Of a stretch of 64,000 nt of DNA, positions 47,873 to 57,926 are shown in pieces. The notes beneath the pieces are model-generated. The model was not told the DNA's origin. It saw nothing but the letters and a program-made list of their open reading frames with translations, and ran no database searches. Position 1 is the first letter of the stretch. Each line of letters starts with the position of its first letter. A program made the position numbers and the translations under genes. Source of the DNA: Candidatus Latescibacterota bacterium (lineage in GTDB: Bacteria; Latescibacterota; UBA2968; UBA8231); the NCBI GenBank assembly GCA_965203355.1, contig OZ241889.1:1408001-1472000 (forward strand). Direction: 5' to 3'.

Positions 47873-48016
47873 GAAGCCTTTTTAAAATTCTCGTCGGACT
47901 CCTTCAACAGGCCGTCGAGCGGTTCCTGGAACGGGCGTTTTCCGCGGGCGAGACTCCATTGCTACTAGGTTCTTTTTTAACGCAAAGGGCCATAAGAGGA
48001 ATTTTAAAAACGCTTC
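47873..48016. mobile_element. 144-bp MITE related to the IS5-family element
   Basis: Both 18-bp ends identical to those of the IS at 7979-8906; perfect TTA target duplication (47870-47872, 48017-48019); no transposase. Confidence 0.93.
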
Positions 48017-48024
48017 TTAACATT

Positions 48025-49215
48025 ATGTCCCCAATCTGCTGCTTATTGATCGTAGCCCTAGTCGCCTGTCAGGAACCTCCCAACGACCGCCAACCGCGCC
48101 CGCCCGCTGCGGTGCTGCACCAAGGGCCCTACGCCGCTGCCATAGAAGCTGCCAAACGCGCCGTAGAGCGCGAGCCGAACTCTGCGGTGGCCCACCGCAA
48201 CCTCGCTGACGCCTATGTACGCGACAACAAGATGACCGAGGCCCTCGCAGCCTACGAACAGGCCATCGCGCTGCAACCTGATTACGCTAAGGCGCAAACC
48301 GAACAGGCCATTGTGCTGACTCGCCTCAATCGCCACGCCGAGGCCCTCACCCTGTTAGAGGAGGTCACGCGTGCGACCCCGGATTACGCTTGGGCGCAGA
48401 TGGCGCTCGGGCTGCTGTACTTTCGCCAAGCCCAGTACGAGCAGGCCGTTGCCGCGCATGGCCGCGCCGTCGCCCGGCAAGACGACTACGCCGAGGCATG
48501 GTACAACCTCGGCGAGGCCCATCTCAAGCTCAACGACTACGCTGCGGCCGAAGTGGCGTATGCCCGCGCTCTGGCCGCCGATTCGACCGTGGCTAAGTAC
48601 CATCACGGCCTCGGCACGGCCTTGTACAAGCGCGGCGACTGCGCCGCGGCTATCGTTGAATTGCAGCGCGCCGTGGTGCTTGATTCGCTCTTTGCGCGGG
48701 CCCGCTTTAGCCTCGGCAATGCCCTGTTGCGCTGTAGCCAGCAGGAAGAGGGCCGCCGCCAGTTGGCCCTGTACAAAGAACTAGAAAAGCAGGAAAAACT
48801 CCTCGCGGGTCTGCGCACTACCCTGATCCGCACGCCGGACAAGGCCGAGCTGTACCACAAGGTGGGTGCGCTATACGGCCAGCGCGGCCAGTACGAAGAA
48901 GCGCGCCGGTACTATTTACAGGCCCTAGATCGCAATCCCAATTTCGCGCCCTCGTACCACAACTTGGGCAACCTGTATTTGCGCCGCCGCCAAGTGGCCG
49001 AAGCCATGTCCCTGTTCCGCCAAGCCCTGCGCGCCGATTCCACGTATGTGCTCGCGCATCTCGCGCTCGGCCATGCGCTGATGATGCAAGAAGCATTTGC
49101 CCAGGCACGGGCGAGCTACGAGCGGGGGTTGCGCTTTGAGCCCGACAATGCTCGCTTACAGCGCGGCGCGGCTATGGCCCGCAAGTTCGGCGCGGCAAGC
49201 CCAACGCAGGACTAG
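48025..49215 (+). CDS. TPR-repeat lipoprotein
   Basis: Lipobox LVAC; about ten TPR units (AHRNLADAY, AWYNLGEAH, SYHNLGNLY). Confidence 0.9.
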   Translation: MSPICCLLIVALVACQEPPNDRQPRPPAAVLHQGPYAAAIEAAKRAVEREPNSAVAHRNLADAYVRDNKMTEALAAYEQAIALQPDYAKAQTEQAIVLTRLNRHAEALTLLEEVTRATPDYAWAQMALGLLYFRQAQYEQAVAAHGRAVARQDDYAEAWYNLGEAHLKLNDYAAAEVAYARALAADSTVAKYHHGLGTALYKRGDCAAAIVELQRAVVLDSLFARARFSLGNALLRCSQQEEGRRQLALYKELEKQEKLLAGLRTTLIRTPDKAELYHKVGALYGQRGQYEEARRYYLQALDRNPNFAPSYHNLGNLYLRRRQVAEAMSLFRQALRADSTYVLAHLALGHALMMQEAFAQARASYERGLRFEPDNARLQRGAAMARKFGAASPTQD

Positions 49216-49217
49216 CT

Positions 49218-50849
49218 GTGGTCTTGCTACTCCTCGCATTGGTGGCAGCCAGCGTCGGTGCCCAGCCCACCCCCCACTTCGTTGAGGTGACCCGCGCCGC
49301 TGGCCTTGACTTTCGCTATGTAAACGGTGCGAGCGGCCGGAAGTACGTACCCGAAGCCATCGGCTCGGGTGCGGCGTTCTTCGACGCCGATGGCGACGGT
49401 TTCCTCGACCTGTACATCGTCAACGGCACGGCTCTACCAGGTTATGACGGTCCGCCCGGCACCAATGCCCACTACCGCAACGATGGCGACGGCACCTTCG
49501 CGGATGTCACGGAGGCGGTGCGCACGGGCGACTCAGGGTACGGCATGGGCGCTGCGGTCGGCGACGTAGACAACGACGGCCATCCCGATCTATACGTGAC
49601 CAACTACGGACCCAACGTCTTCTACCACAACGAAGGGCACGGCGGTACCTTTGCCGACGTGACGGATCGGACCCGCCTCGGCGACCCGGGTTGGGGCACT
49701 CATGCGGCCTTTGCCGACTACGACCGCGATGGCGATTTGGATCTGTACGTGGCCAATTACATGGAGTTCGATTTGGATGCGAACAAGGAGTGCTTCACGG
49801 GCACGGCGCACTCCATCTGTGGCCCCCTCGCGTACCCCGGCCAGTCTGGAGTGCTCTACCGCAACGACGGCGACCTCGCGTTCGCCAATGCGACGGACGC
49901 GGCCGGCTTGTTCAACAACGAGGGCCGGCAACTGGCCGCGGTGTTTGGCGACTGCGATGACGATGGCGACCCGGATCTATTTGTTGCCAACGACCGGCAG
50001 CCCAATTTCCTCTTCCTCAACAACGGCGACGGTACTTTCGCCGAGCACGGCATCGTCGCCGGGGTCGCGTATAACGAAGAGGGGTACGCGGAGTCGGCGA
50101 TGGGCGCGGATTTTGGCGACTACGACAACGACGGTCGGCTCGACATCATCCTCGCCACTTTTCAGTGGCTACCCAACACGCTCTACCACAACGATGGCGG
50201 CGGCTTTTTCAGCGATCGGACGTTTGCCGCTCATCTCGGTGCGCCGAGCGTGCCTTACTTGGGCATGGCCGCGGCCTTTTTCGACAGCGACAACGACGGT
50301 TTTCTCGACGTCTTGGTCACCAACGGCCATCTCGATGAAAACGTGCGCGAGTTCGACCCAGACACGACTTATCCGCAGCAGAACCAGTTATTCCACAATC
50401 AGGGCGATGGAACCTTTGCCGACGTGAGCAACCATAGCGGTCCTGGGATGCTCGTCGAGCGCGTCAGCCACGGTGCCGCTTTGGGCGATTACGACAACGA
50501 CGGCGACGTCGACATCTTCATCTCGGATTCGGCCGCGCCTCATTGTACGCTGTTGCGCAACGACCACAGCGGCCACAATTATCTGACGGTTGAAGCCGTA
50601 GGCACTCGGAGCAATCGCGACGCGCTCGGTGCCAAAATTCGCGCTGTGGCGGGCGATCTCGTGCAAAAGCGCGAAGTTCGCCGCAGCTACGGATACATGA
50701 GCAGCAGCGACGTGCGCCTGACGCTGGGCTTGGGCCGCCATACCCAAGTTGATTCACTGCAAGTTTTTTGGCCCAGCGGCGCTGTACAGACCCTCTTAAA
50801 CGTGGCGGCGAATCAACACATGGTCCTTGAGGAAACTAGTAAAAGATAA
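49218..50849 (+). CDS. CRTAC1 / ASPIC-UnbV family protein with FG-GAP repeats
   Basis: Repeated DxDxDGxxDL and NxGDGTF; C-terminal SNRDALGA...GLG...V.WPSG. Confidence 0.92.
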   Translation: MVLLLLALVAASVGAQPTPHFVEVTRAAGLDFRYVNGASGRKYVPEAIGSGAAFFDADGDGFLDLYIVNGTALPGYDGPPGTNAHYRNDGDGTFADVTEAVRTGDSGYGMGAAVGDVDNDGHPDLYVTNYGPNVFYHNEGHGGTFADVTDRTRLGDPGWGTHAAFADYDRDGDLDLYVANYMEFDLDANKECFTGTAHSICGPLAYPGQSGVLYRNDGDLAFANATDAAGLFNNEGRQLAAVFGDCDDDGDPDLFVANDRQPNFLFLNNGDGTFAEHGIVAGVAYNEEGYAESAMGADFGDYDNDGRLDIILATFQWLPNTLYHNDGGGFFSDRTFAAHLGAPSVPYLGMAAAFFDSDNDGFLDVLVTNGHLDENVREFDPDTTYPQQNQLFHNQGDGTFADVSNHSGPGMLVERVSHGAALGDYDNDGDVDIFISDSAAPHCTLLRNDHSGHNYLTVEAVGTRSNRDALGAKIRAVAGDLVQKREVRRSYGYMSSSDVRLTLGLGRHTQVDSLQVFWPSGAVQTLLNVAANQHMVLEETSKR

Positions 50850-50865
50850 CGGAGAGATTTGTCGT

Positions 50866-52209
50866 ATGAAGTTGAGAATAATTGCTCTATTCGCGCTCGC
50901 GGCTTGTGGAACAGAACTTGAGCCTACCTACGTTGCCCGCATCGGCGAAACCATCCTATCAAAGGAAGACTTTAGCGCGCGAGCACAAAAGCTAATGCAA
51001 ACGGGCTACAAGCACCTCGCGGCGATGAATGCGGATGCCAAACTGGAGCTGCTCAACGGCGTGATCGCGGGCGAACTGTTGGTGCGCGAGGGGCTGGGCC
51101 GCGGCCTCGACCGCGAGCCGAGCATTGCCCGCGAAGTTGAGCGCACTGAGCAAAGGGCCGTGATGAACAAACTATACGAGGAAGAGGCCCTGCACGGCGA
51201 TTACACGTCCACCGAAGAAGAGTTGCGGGCTTTCGCCAAAGAGCGCGAGTACGATGTGGAGGTATTGAGCCAGCAGATAGTCTGCGCCAGCGAAGAAGAG
51301 GCGTTGGAAGTACTGACGGCGCTACAAGAGGGTACGCCGTTTGAGTCGCTGGTGCCCATCTATTCAACCGACACCATCCAGCGGCGCTTTGGCCCGGCCG
51401 GCCAGTTGGGGTGGTTCAAGATGGGCCATATGCTGCCCGAGTTGATGGAGCCGCTGCGGACCCTGGACGAGGGCGAACTCTATCCGCATCCGGTGAAGAC
51501 CCAAATAGGCTATCACGTCTTCCGGATCGACAAAAGGCGGCCAGTGGATTTTGCGTCCCAGCGCGCGTGGTTGCAAGAAAAAGCGCGCGTACAAAAGCGG
51601 GCCGACGACATGGAACAATACGTCCACCGCCTGCGCCGTATATACGAGTTAGCGGCCCACGACGAGGGCTTAAACGCCTTGAGCGCGCCCGATGGTGCCG
51701 AGCAAGTGCTCTTTAGCTGGCGCGGCGGCCAACTGACTACGGCCGCGTACTGGGCCAACCTAGCAGCGAACCACAGCCGGCTCGACAGTGCCGCGCGCTA
51801 CAAGGCGGCTGAGAACTTGGCCGGGATGCAGATTATGATGGCGGAAGGCCGCAAGCTGCAATACGACCGCGACCCGGCGGTGCGCGCGCAAGTGGAGCAC
51901 AAGCGCGACGCGCTCATCGTCGAGTGGCTCTATCGCACCGAGGGCCGGGAGGTGGCGCGCCAACAACCCATCACCGAAGAGGACATTCGCGCCTACTACG
52001 ATGCCAACGTCGAGATGTTTACCCGCAGTGACGGGAAAGTTGCGGATCTATCTTTGGTCTATAACAGCATCAAAACCTTGCTGAGGCAGCAGGCGGCGAC
52101 TAGGGCTATGGACGCCTTCATCGCGCGGCTGCGCGAGCAATACAGCGCGGATATTGAGATCAATACGGAAGCACTTGCCGAGGTTAGTTTGCCATTCGAC
52201 AGGCCGTAA
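50866..52209 (+). CDS. Parvulin/PpiC-type peptidyl-prolyl isomerase lipoprotein
   Basis: Lipobox LAAC; FESLVPIYSTD...GQLGWF...PVKTQIGYHVF; SurA-like helical flanks. Confidence 0.85.
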   Translation: MKLRIIALFALAACGTELEPTYVARIGETILSKEDFSARAQKLMQTGYKHLAAMNADAKLELLNGVIAGELLVREGLGRGLDREPSIAREVERTEQRAVMNKLYEEEALHGDYTSTEEELRAFAKEREYDVEVLSQQIVCASEEEALEVLTALQEGTPFESLVPIYSTDTIQRRFGPAGQLGWFKMGHMLPELMEPLRTLDEGELYPHPVKTQIGYHVFRIDKRRPVDFASQRAWLQEKARVQKRADDMEQYVHRLRRIYELAAHDEGLNALSAPDGAEQVLFSWRGGQLTTAAYWANLAANHSRLDSAARYKAAENLAGMQIMMAEGRKLQYDRDPAVRAQVEHKRDALIVEWLYRTEGREVARQQPITEEDIRAYYDANVEMFTRSDGKVADLSLVYNSIKTLLRQQAATRAMDAFIARLREQYSADIEINTEALAEVSLPFDRP

Positions 52210-52228
52210 AGCCTCTACCCCTGTCGAT

Positions 52229-52340
52229 TCAAAGTTCTTCTCTCTCCTTTTTGCGGAATGGAATGCCTAATTTCCGCAGGCGGCTGCGCAACGTATTGGG
52301 GTGGCTGCGTGTGGGCCGTAAATGACTCCGCTGGTATTGG
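52229..52340 (-). pseudogene. Remnant Fis-type HTH of a sigma54-dependent activator
   Basis: Hand translation TSGVIYGPHAA-(frameshift/deletion)-PNTLRSRLRKLGIPFRKKEREEL*. Confidence 0.55.
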
Positions 52341-52555
52341 CGCAGGTGATCATCCTATTAGCAACGAGACTGGCCTACCGCGTTTTGAAGTGCATAGTAG
52401 CGGGTATTGGGGTGTGTTGGTTTTCGTCCGTTGAGCACAGCAAGTGTATCGCTAGCGGATAGTGATCGGGAGGAGAGTTCGGCTTCGAGCGACGAAATGG
52501 CCGAGCGCGTGTTAATGCTCGATCTTCATCCCTTGAGCAGTGCGTCGCGAGAGAA

Positions 52556-55189
52556 TCACAGGTCCTTGCCCAGCCCGGCGAAGACGCTGATGAAGGTGAA
52601 TAGCTTGGCCGACGAAGGGGCTGAGTCGAGGTCTTCGCGGGTCCAGCGCAGCCCGACGTTGGTCGTCAGCGCATACCCCTGATAGGCCGATTGGTTGGCG
52701 ATTTGGCCGGCCAACACCAGCGTAGTGCCGTCGGCTAAAAATCCCTCGGGCTGCTCGCCCAAATTGTTGGCAATCTCGTATTCGACACCTGCGGTAAAGC
52801 GCATGTTGCGGTTGATCTCGCGGTCGGCCAGCAGCGAGAAAATCTCCGTTAGATCGGACGTTTGCAACGCGCCCCGGTCCGCCGGTACTCGATTGCTGTA
52901 TAGCTGTTTCCAATTCAGGGTCAAATCCCAAGAGCGCAGGTGGAGCGGGTACTGGGCCTTGTTGATCACGCCGAGGAAGCGCAGGTTATTCAGTTCTTCA
53001 CTTGCCGTCCCCAACTGCGCGTATTGTTCGTACTTGACCTTGGTGGTAAACGAGATGTAGCGATCGTAGCGCACGTCTAAATACGTGGTGTTGACGAACG
53101 CATTGCGTGCCACGAGTTGGTCGCGGATAAAGCGCGCTTCACCGAATGTGCCGGGCGTATCAACCCACAAAAAGACGTCCTCGGGAATGTCGTCTGAAAC
53201 CTTGCGCGGATTGACGATCAGCCGCAGCTGTAGATTGTAGCGGGGGAATTTTTCGCTCGCCGTCAAGAGCAGATACGTGGTCGCGTTTTCGCGGGCGGTT
53301 TTCAGCAGGCGCTCATCGAGCCGACCGGCCATGAGGCTTATGTCCGGCGCGATTTCAACGCCGACATAAGCGTTGTATCCTCGGTGTCCGCGCTTGTAGG
53401 GATAGTCCGCTTCGGCGTCGTCTTCAAAGCGGTCGATGATCCCGTTGTTGTTCATGTCCATGCCAAAGAGAAAGTCGGGCGGATCAATCGCAAAGCGCAG
53501 GAAAGGCTCGGCGTAGTCGGGTAGGCGGTTGAAGTTGCGGTTGAAGTCCGAGAGATCGTCGTTGTTTTCGTCGATGCCGGGAAAGACCGCGCTGTCGGTT
53601 AGTAACCCCGCTCCTTGGCGCGTGTTGACGCGCGGGCCGTGATAGCGCCGGGTCCAGTCGGGCAATTCGTCTTGGTCGTCGTTGTCATCGACAAACTCGT
53701 ACGCGCTTTGTTGCTCGTTGCCGTAGTACACTTCGCCCTCTGAGTTCGGGATAAAGGCTTGGGTCGAGTATTCCGCGTCCATGCTAAAGGCTTCGGCGAA
53801 AACCGTCCACGGGTAATGTCGCTTCTGGGCTGTCAGGTAAAAGGCCTCAGCCGTGTTGGTGGCGAGGGCTTGCTCGCGGATGAAGTTTTCGTTGGGGAAG
53901 CGGCGGTACTGGAAGTTCCGCACGTATTCTCCCCGCAGATCGAAACCGGCCACGTCGTTGACCGACAGGTCAAAGCCGAGCAGCCGATTGCCGGTCGGCA
54001 GGCCGTAGCGAAAGGTGTGAAAGGCTTGGTTGGCACCGTCCTTGACGTTGCCCGGTGCGCGCAGCACAGTCAGGAACACCGGTGCGCCGAGTTGGTTGGT
54101 CTGTTTGTTAGAAGAGACCTCCACCTTGTAGTCGTTGGCCAGTACTAGGCCGATCTCCACGTGCTCAATTTCGCGGAAGTCGTCGATTTTGTCGTCGACG
54201 GTGGGCGCGAAGTCCTCGATGTTGAACGTGAGGGTTATTACGTCGGTGCCGCTCGCTTCGATCACACCGCGGCGGCGGAAGCCACCTTCTACCACGGGCG
54301 CGATGTCGTCGGTGTGCTCGACGCCATTGGCGAAGACGCGCCAGCGCGACAGCAGGGCCCCACCGTGGCCGTCTTCGGGCGAGTCGTCGGAAATCCGCAC
54401 GATGATCGAGCGGACAAAGTCGGTGTTCATGGGCCCACTGAGCTGGCCTTTGAGCGAATTGTCGCCAAAGGGAATGTTGGAGTTCATATGGGCGGCGTTG
54501 ACAAATGTTAGGCCGATGTTGGAAAAGTCGCCGATGCTAACTTGGCCTTTGGCAGCCCACATATTAGTGAATGTGCTGAACTTTACGCCGGCCTCGCCCG
54601 CGACGCCCGCGACTACGCCGGTGTTGTTGATGCGCGAAGTGAGCAGGGTCAGGGCGTATTTGTCCGACATCATGTCCCACTGTACGCCGTCGAAGCGCGG
54701 CTTGGAAAAGGTGAGCGGCGTCAGGGTCGTGCGGATGCCGTCGCCCACCATCAGCGCGGAGTGAAACTGGCCGGAGTGGCTGGAGGAGATGAGGACATTG
54801 CTGAACCACGAGCTAAAGCGCGGGCTTTTGAAGATGCTGCTGCCGCTGGCCGTGGGATAGTCCTCAGTCCAGTTGTACACCCGCCAACCTTGGCTGATAT
54901 AAGCGCCGTAGATGTCGTAAAAAGGCGACCCCTCCAAGAATACGTCGTTGTAGCGTTGATAGGGGTTGCGCGCGTAGTTGGAGTACTGGTCTTGCCGCCA
55001 GTCGTAGAGTTCGTACAGGCGCTGCGGCTGGTACCACTTGCGGACCGAAGGGACGAGGGTTGCCGGCGCGACTTCAGTGGCTGAAGTGTAATAGGGATTG
55101 TCAAATCCAGTGGCACGCTGGGCCGCGGATGGCTGTGGCGTTCCGAGGAACAAACCACAATACAGAAGTGCTATCGTTAGACGTCTCAC
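52556..55189 (-). CDS. Large exported hypothetical protein, putative outer-membrane beta-barrel with Ca-binding-like loops
   Basis: GGAGG RBS before GTG 55189; signal peptide (..PSAA-Q); DDNDDQD, DENNDDLSD, DMNNNGIID loops; alternating beta-strand pattern ending FTFISVFAGL. Confidence 0.7.
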   Translation of the reverse strand: MRRLTIALLYCGLFLGTPQPSAAQRATGFDNPYYTSATEVAPATLVPSVRKWYQPQRLYELYDWRQDQYSNYARNPYQRYNDVFLEGSPFYDIYGAYISQGWRVYNWTEDYPTASGSSIFKSPRFSSWFSNVLISSSHSGQFHSALMVGDGIRTTLTPLTFSKPRFDGVQWDMMSDKYALTLLTSRINNTGVVAGVAGEAGVKFSTFTNMWAAKGQVSIGDFSNIGLTFVNAAHMNSNIPFGDNSLKGQLSGPMNTDFVRSIIVRISDDSPEDGHGGALLSRWRVFANGVEHTDDIAPVVEGGFRRRGVIEASGTDVITLTFNIEDFAPTVDDKIDDFREIEHVEIGLVLANDYKVEVSSNKQTNQLGAPVFLTVLRAPGNVKDGANQAFHTFRYGLPTGNRLLGFDLSVNDVAGFDLRGEYVRNFQYRRFPNENFIREQALATNTAEAFYLTAQKRHYPWTVFAEAFSMDAEYSTQAFIPNSEGEVYYGNEQQSAYEFVDDNDDQDELPDWTRRYHGPRVNTRQGAGLLTDSAVFPGIDENNDDLSDFNRNFNRLPDYAEPFLRFAIDPPDFLFGMDMNNNGIIDRFEDDAEADYPYKRGHRGYNAYVGVEIAPDISLMAGRLDERLLKTARENATTYLLLTASEKFPRYNLQLRLIVNPRKVSDDIPEDVFLWVDTPGTFGEARFIRDQLVARNAFVNTTYLDVRYDRYISFTTKVKYEQYAQLGTASEELNNLRFLGVINKAQYPLHLRSWDLTLNWKQLYSNRVPADRGALQTSDLTEIFSLLADREINRNMRFTAGVEYEIANNLGEQPEGFLADGTTLVLAGQIANQSAYQGYALTTNVGLRWTREDLDSAPSSAKLFTFISVFAGLGKDL

Positions 55190-55225
55190 GTCTTTCCCTC
55201 CCACAGGTTGGTGACGTGTTGGTGG

Positions 55226-55432
55226 TTACGCGGTCTCGTTTGGTCGACGTTCAAATGTGAACTCTAAGATGTTGGCGCTCGTCTTGGCGTGATCGATTTT
55301 CATGGAGACCAACCTGCCTTGCTGGTCGAGGTCGATGTGGATGTTTTCGCACAACTCGCGGGTCTCGGCGACGCATTCAGAAGAGAAGTTGATAAATGCG
55401 GTGTCCGTGTCTTCAAGGTATTTGATCTTCAT
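55226..55432 (-). CDS. DUF2283-like small protein
   Basis: MKIKYLEDTDTAFINF...ETREL...IDLDQQGRLVSMKI. Confidence 0.75.
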   Translation of the reverse strand: MKIKYLEDTDTAFINFSSECVAETRELCENIHIDLDQQGRLVSMKIDHAKTSANILEFTFERRPNETA

Positions 55433-55450
55433 GTTCTTCCAATTCGTTTG

Positions 55451-57901
55451 TCAATATACGACGTGAACGCACTGCTGGACGACTTCGTCCTTGGGATCCG
55501 TTTGCAACTCGATATGCAGTATGTAGAGGCCCGGCGGCACGAGTTCGCCGTTGCGCTGGCCGTCCCAAGCGTACGTGGCCCGCGCACCGCGCGGAGAGGC
55601 GTTTTTCAATTCGGCGATTCGGCGACCGTCGAGGGAAAAGACACTCACCTGGGGCTGCTTGTCCGTCTTGACGACGGTAAAACTCAGCTCGTATAGGTCG
55701 TTGACCGCGTCGCCATTGGGCGTGAACAACTCGGAGTGGCGCAAGTTGCGGATTAGCGATGCGCCCTGCACCACTTCGGGCACAAACACCTGATCGGCGC
55801 CCAATTCCGCTGGCACGACTCCTTGGCCGTTGTCCTCTTGGCCGGAGTTAAAGACCAAGGTTTCAAAAACTGTCGGGCTGGCAAAAACCCGCGTTGCAAA
55901 CGCTATGTTGACGGAGTCGCGCTTTACCACTGGCGGCGGCAACTGCACCCACAACGAGTCGCCGCGCAACGCACTGCTCGCCTCCACCGGCTGGCCTCCC
56001 ACCCACGCCGCGCGCAATGCGGCATCCGCACTGCCGGCCGGCAAGGCGATCGACACTTGGTCGAACCCGGGGTCGCGGCTGTTGAACGCCTGCGGCTTAA
56101 TGGTGTAGCGAAACTCGGTCAGCGAATCAAGGGCCGCTTCACGCGGCCACACCGAGCCGCTCAGTCCAGCAAAAATGACCGGATCGTTGGCTGCAACCCG
56201 CAGCGAGCGCAGCACGGGCGACACGTCTAGGGCATCGCTATACAGACGAATGCGCGTGCGCAAGTAGCGTCGCGGCGAAGGCGACTGAAAGCTCTGCCCG
56301 GAAAAGCGGTGCGGCTGGCTCCACGCGCTCCAAGTTGCGTCGCGCACTCTTTCTTGCACAATGTCGCCGCGATAGCGCTTGCGCGACGCTTCATAGGCTT
56401 CCTTGGTGACTTCATTGCCATTGGCGAGAAAGTAGCGCGTAACTTCGGTAAAGCCGTTGCCCGTCTGAGTTTGCACTTCTAGTCGCGTCCCCGGCGGCAG
56501 GTCGGCATCCCACTCAATGCGCCGAATGCTGCGCGCGGCCCCCAAGTCGAGGTCGTTGGACTCCAGCTCGACGCGCTTGGGATAGCCCTCGCGGTGAAAG
56601 GCAAAAAGCTGCAAGGCATTGGCGTCGCGCCCGTAGAAGCCGATCACGCGCCAGAGGATGAGGCGCGTGTCGCGGGTGGGAAATTGGAAATCGTTGAAGG
56701 GATAGGTGGTTCGCACTTCGGACAGCAACTCGTATTCAAAGGGTCCTTCGGCCTGCGGGTCGGCCGTGTTGCTCGGACTGCCATCGGAGGTGAGGATGTC
56801 GAACATGGGCCAACTGCCCACCGCGCCCTGCTGGTAGCCGTAGAGCCACGGGCTGCGGCCGCCGATGAGCGGCACGAAGATGATCCGGTCGATGCGGAAC
56901 ACATTGCCAAAGTCGATCACCGACCAGACGCCATCGTCGCGCCAATCGCGATCGCCAGAAGAGGCTTGGATGCTCCACAGCCGGCGGCCCAAGTCCGCAT
57001 CCACGAGGAATTCCGCGCCGCTGGCCTTACCGCAGCCATCGCACTCGCGGGCCCTTGAGGTCCACGTCCTGCCACCCCAGATAGGCTCGCCTTTTTCCGC
57101 CCGCTCTTCGGTGAATACCCGAGTCGAGAGGTTAAAGCCAATGCCATCTACCTCGATTTCGGCGAGGGCGGCCCCAGCGGTTTGACCGGCCGCTTCAAAG
57201 CGCACAAAGCGGAGGATAGAAAAATCCAAGCTATCGCTTTTTACCAAGAACTCCCCGCTGGGCGTTCCGCTGGGCGGCGGCTTATTGGCGGTTTTGAGCG
57301 CGAACTCCACCACCTGCTTGGTGTTGTTGTTGACCGGGCGACCGACGCGCTCAAACGCAATGTGCTTGCCCGTTGTGCCTACGACCTGAATGCCCGGGCT
57401 GATGTGTAGTGAAAAGAACTCAAAGGGACGGGCGTCCTCGGTTTGGGGAAAAATCACGCGAATTTTGCGGGCGATGACCGCGCGTTGCAAATCGACTTCG
57501 ATCCACCACTGCTGGAGCGGATCGGCGGAATCGGGCTGCCAATAGGTGTTGTGATCTTGGTCCGCCACTAGGCTGGCTTGGCTCTGATTAGAAGGGGTAC
57601 GCAATGGTAAGCGGCCGTAGTTGCCAATGGTAACGGAGGAAAATTCGCTGGCATTGGCGACCGCGTTAAACGTCGTGCCAAAGCGCTTAACGGTGATTCC
57701 GGTGGAGCCGATTTGGACCAGCCCGGTCGGATGATTCCACGCGGCAAAGTCGGTCCCCTCAAAGACAATGTCTTGGGCGTCTAGGGCGGAGTAAAAGGCG
57801 AGCAAGAGCAGTAAGGGCAGGTTTTTAGCCGTGATTTTGCTCGATTGCTGCCGCGCAGAAGCGATTGCGAGGCTGATGTGAATGAGACCGCGTCTAAGCA
57901 T
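55451..57901 (-). CDS. Exported protein with discoidin-like modules and TPNGD/FlgD-Ig C-terminal domain
   Basis: VADQDHNTYW...WWIEVDLQR, second IDFG module, WSAWS...SPSPRRY, FTPNGDAVND...WDG...VPPGLYI...VVY. Start uncertain. Confidence 0.75.
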   Translation of the reverse strand: MLRRGLIHISLAIASARQQSSKITAKNLPLLLLLAFYSALDAQDIVFEGTDFAAWNHPTGLVQIGSTGITVKRFGTTFNAVANASEFSSVTIGNYGRLPLRTPSNQSQASLVADQDHNTYWQPDSADPLQQWWIEVDLQRAVIARKIRVIFPQTEDARPFEFFSLHISPGIQVVGTTGKHIAFERVGRPVNNNTKQVVEFALKTANKPPPSGTPSGEFLVKSDSLDFSILRFVRFEAAGQTAGAALAEIEVDGIGFNLSTRVFTEERAEKGEPIWGGRTWTSRARECDGCGKASGAEFLVDADLGRRLWSIQASSGDRDWRDDGVWSVIDFGNVFRIDRIIFVPLIGGRSPWLYGYQQGAVGSWPMFDILTSDGSPSNTADPQAEGPFEYELLSEVRTTYPFNDFQFPTRDTRLILWRVIGFYGRDANALQLFAFHREGYPKRVELESNDLDLGAARSIRRIEWDADLPPGTRLEVQTQTGNGFTEVTRYFLANGNEVTKEAYEASRKRYRGDIVQERVRDATWSAWSQPHRFSGQSFQSPSPRRYLRTRIRLYSDALDVSPVLRSLRVAANDPVIFAGLSGSVWPREAALDSLTEFRYTIKPQAFNSRDPGFDQVSIALPAGSADAALRAAWVGGQPVEASSALRGDSLWVQLPPPVVKRDSVNIAFATRVFASPTVFETLVFNSGQEDNGQGVVPAELGADQVFVPEVVQGASLIRNLRHSELFTPNGDAVNDLYELSFTVVKTDKQPQVSVFSLDGRRIAELKNASPRGARATYAWDGQRNGELVPPGLYILHIELQTDPKDEVVQQCVHVVY

Positions 57902-57926
57902 CGGTTGTTCTCCGCAAGGGGCGCAT

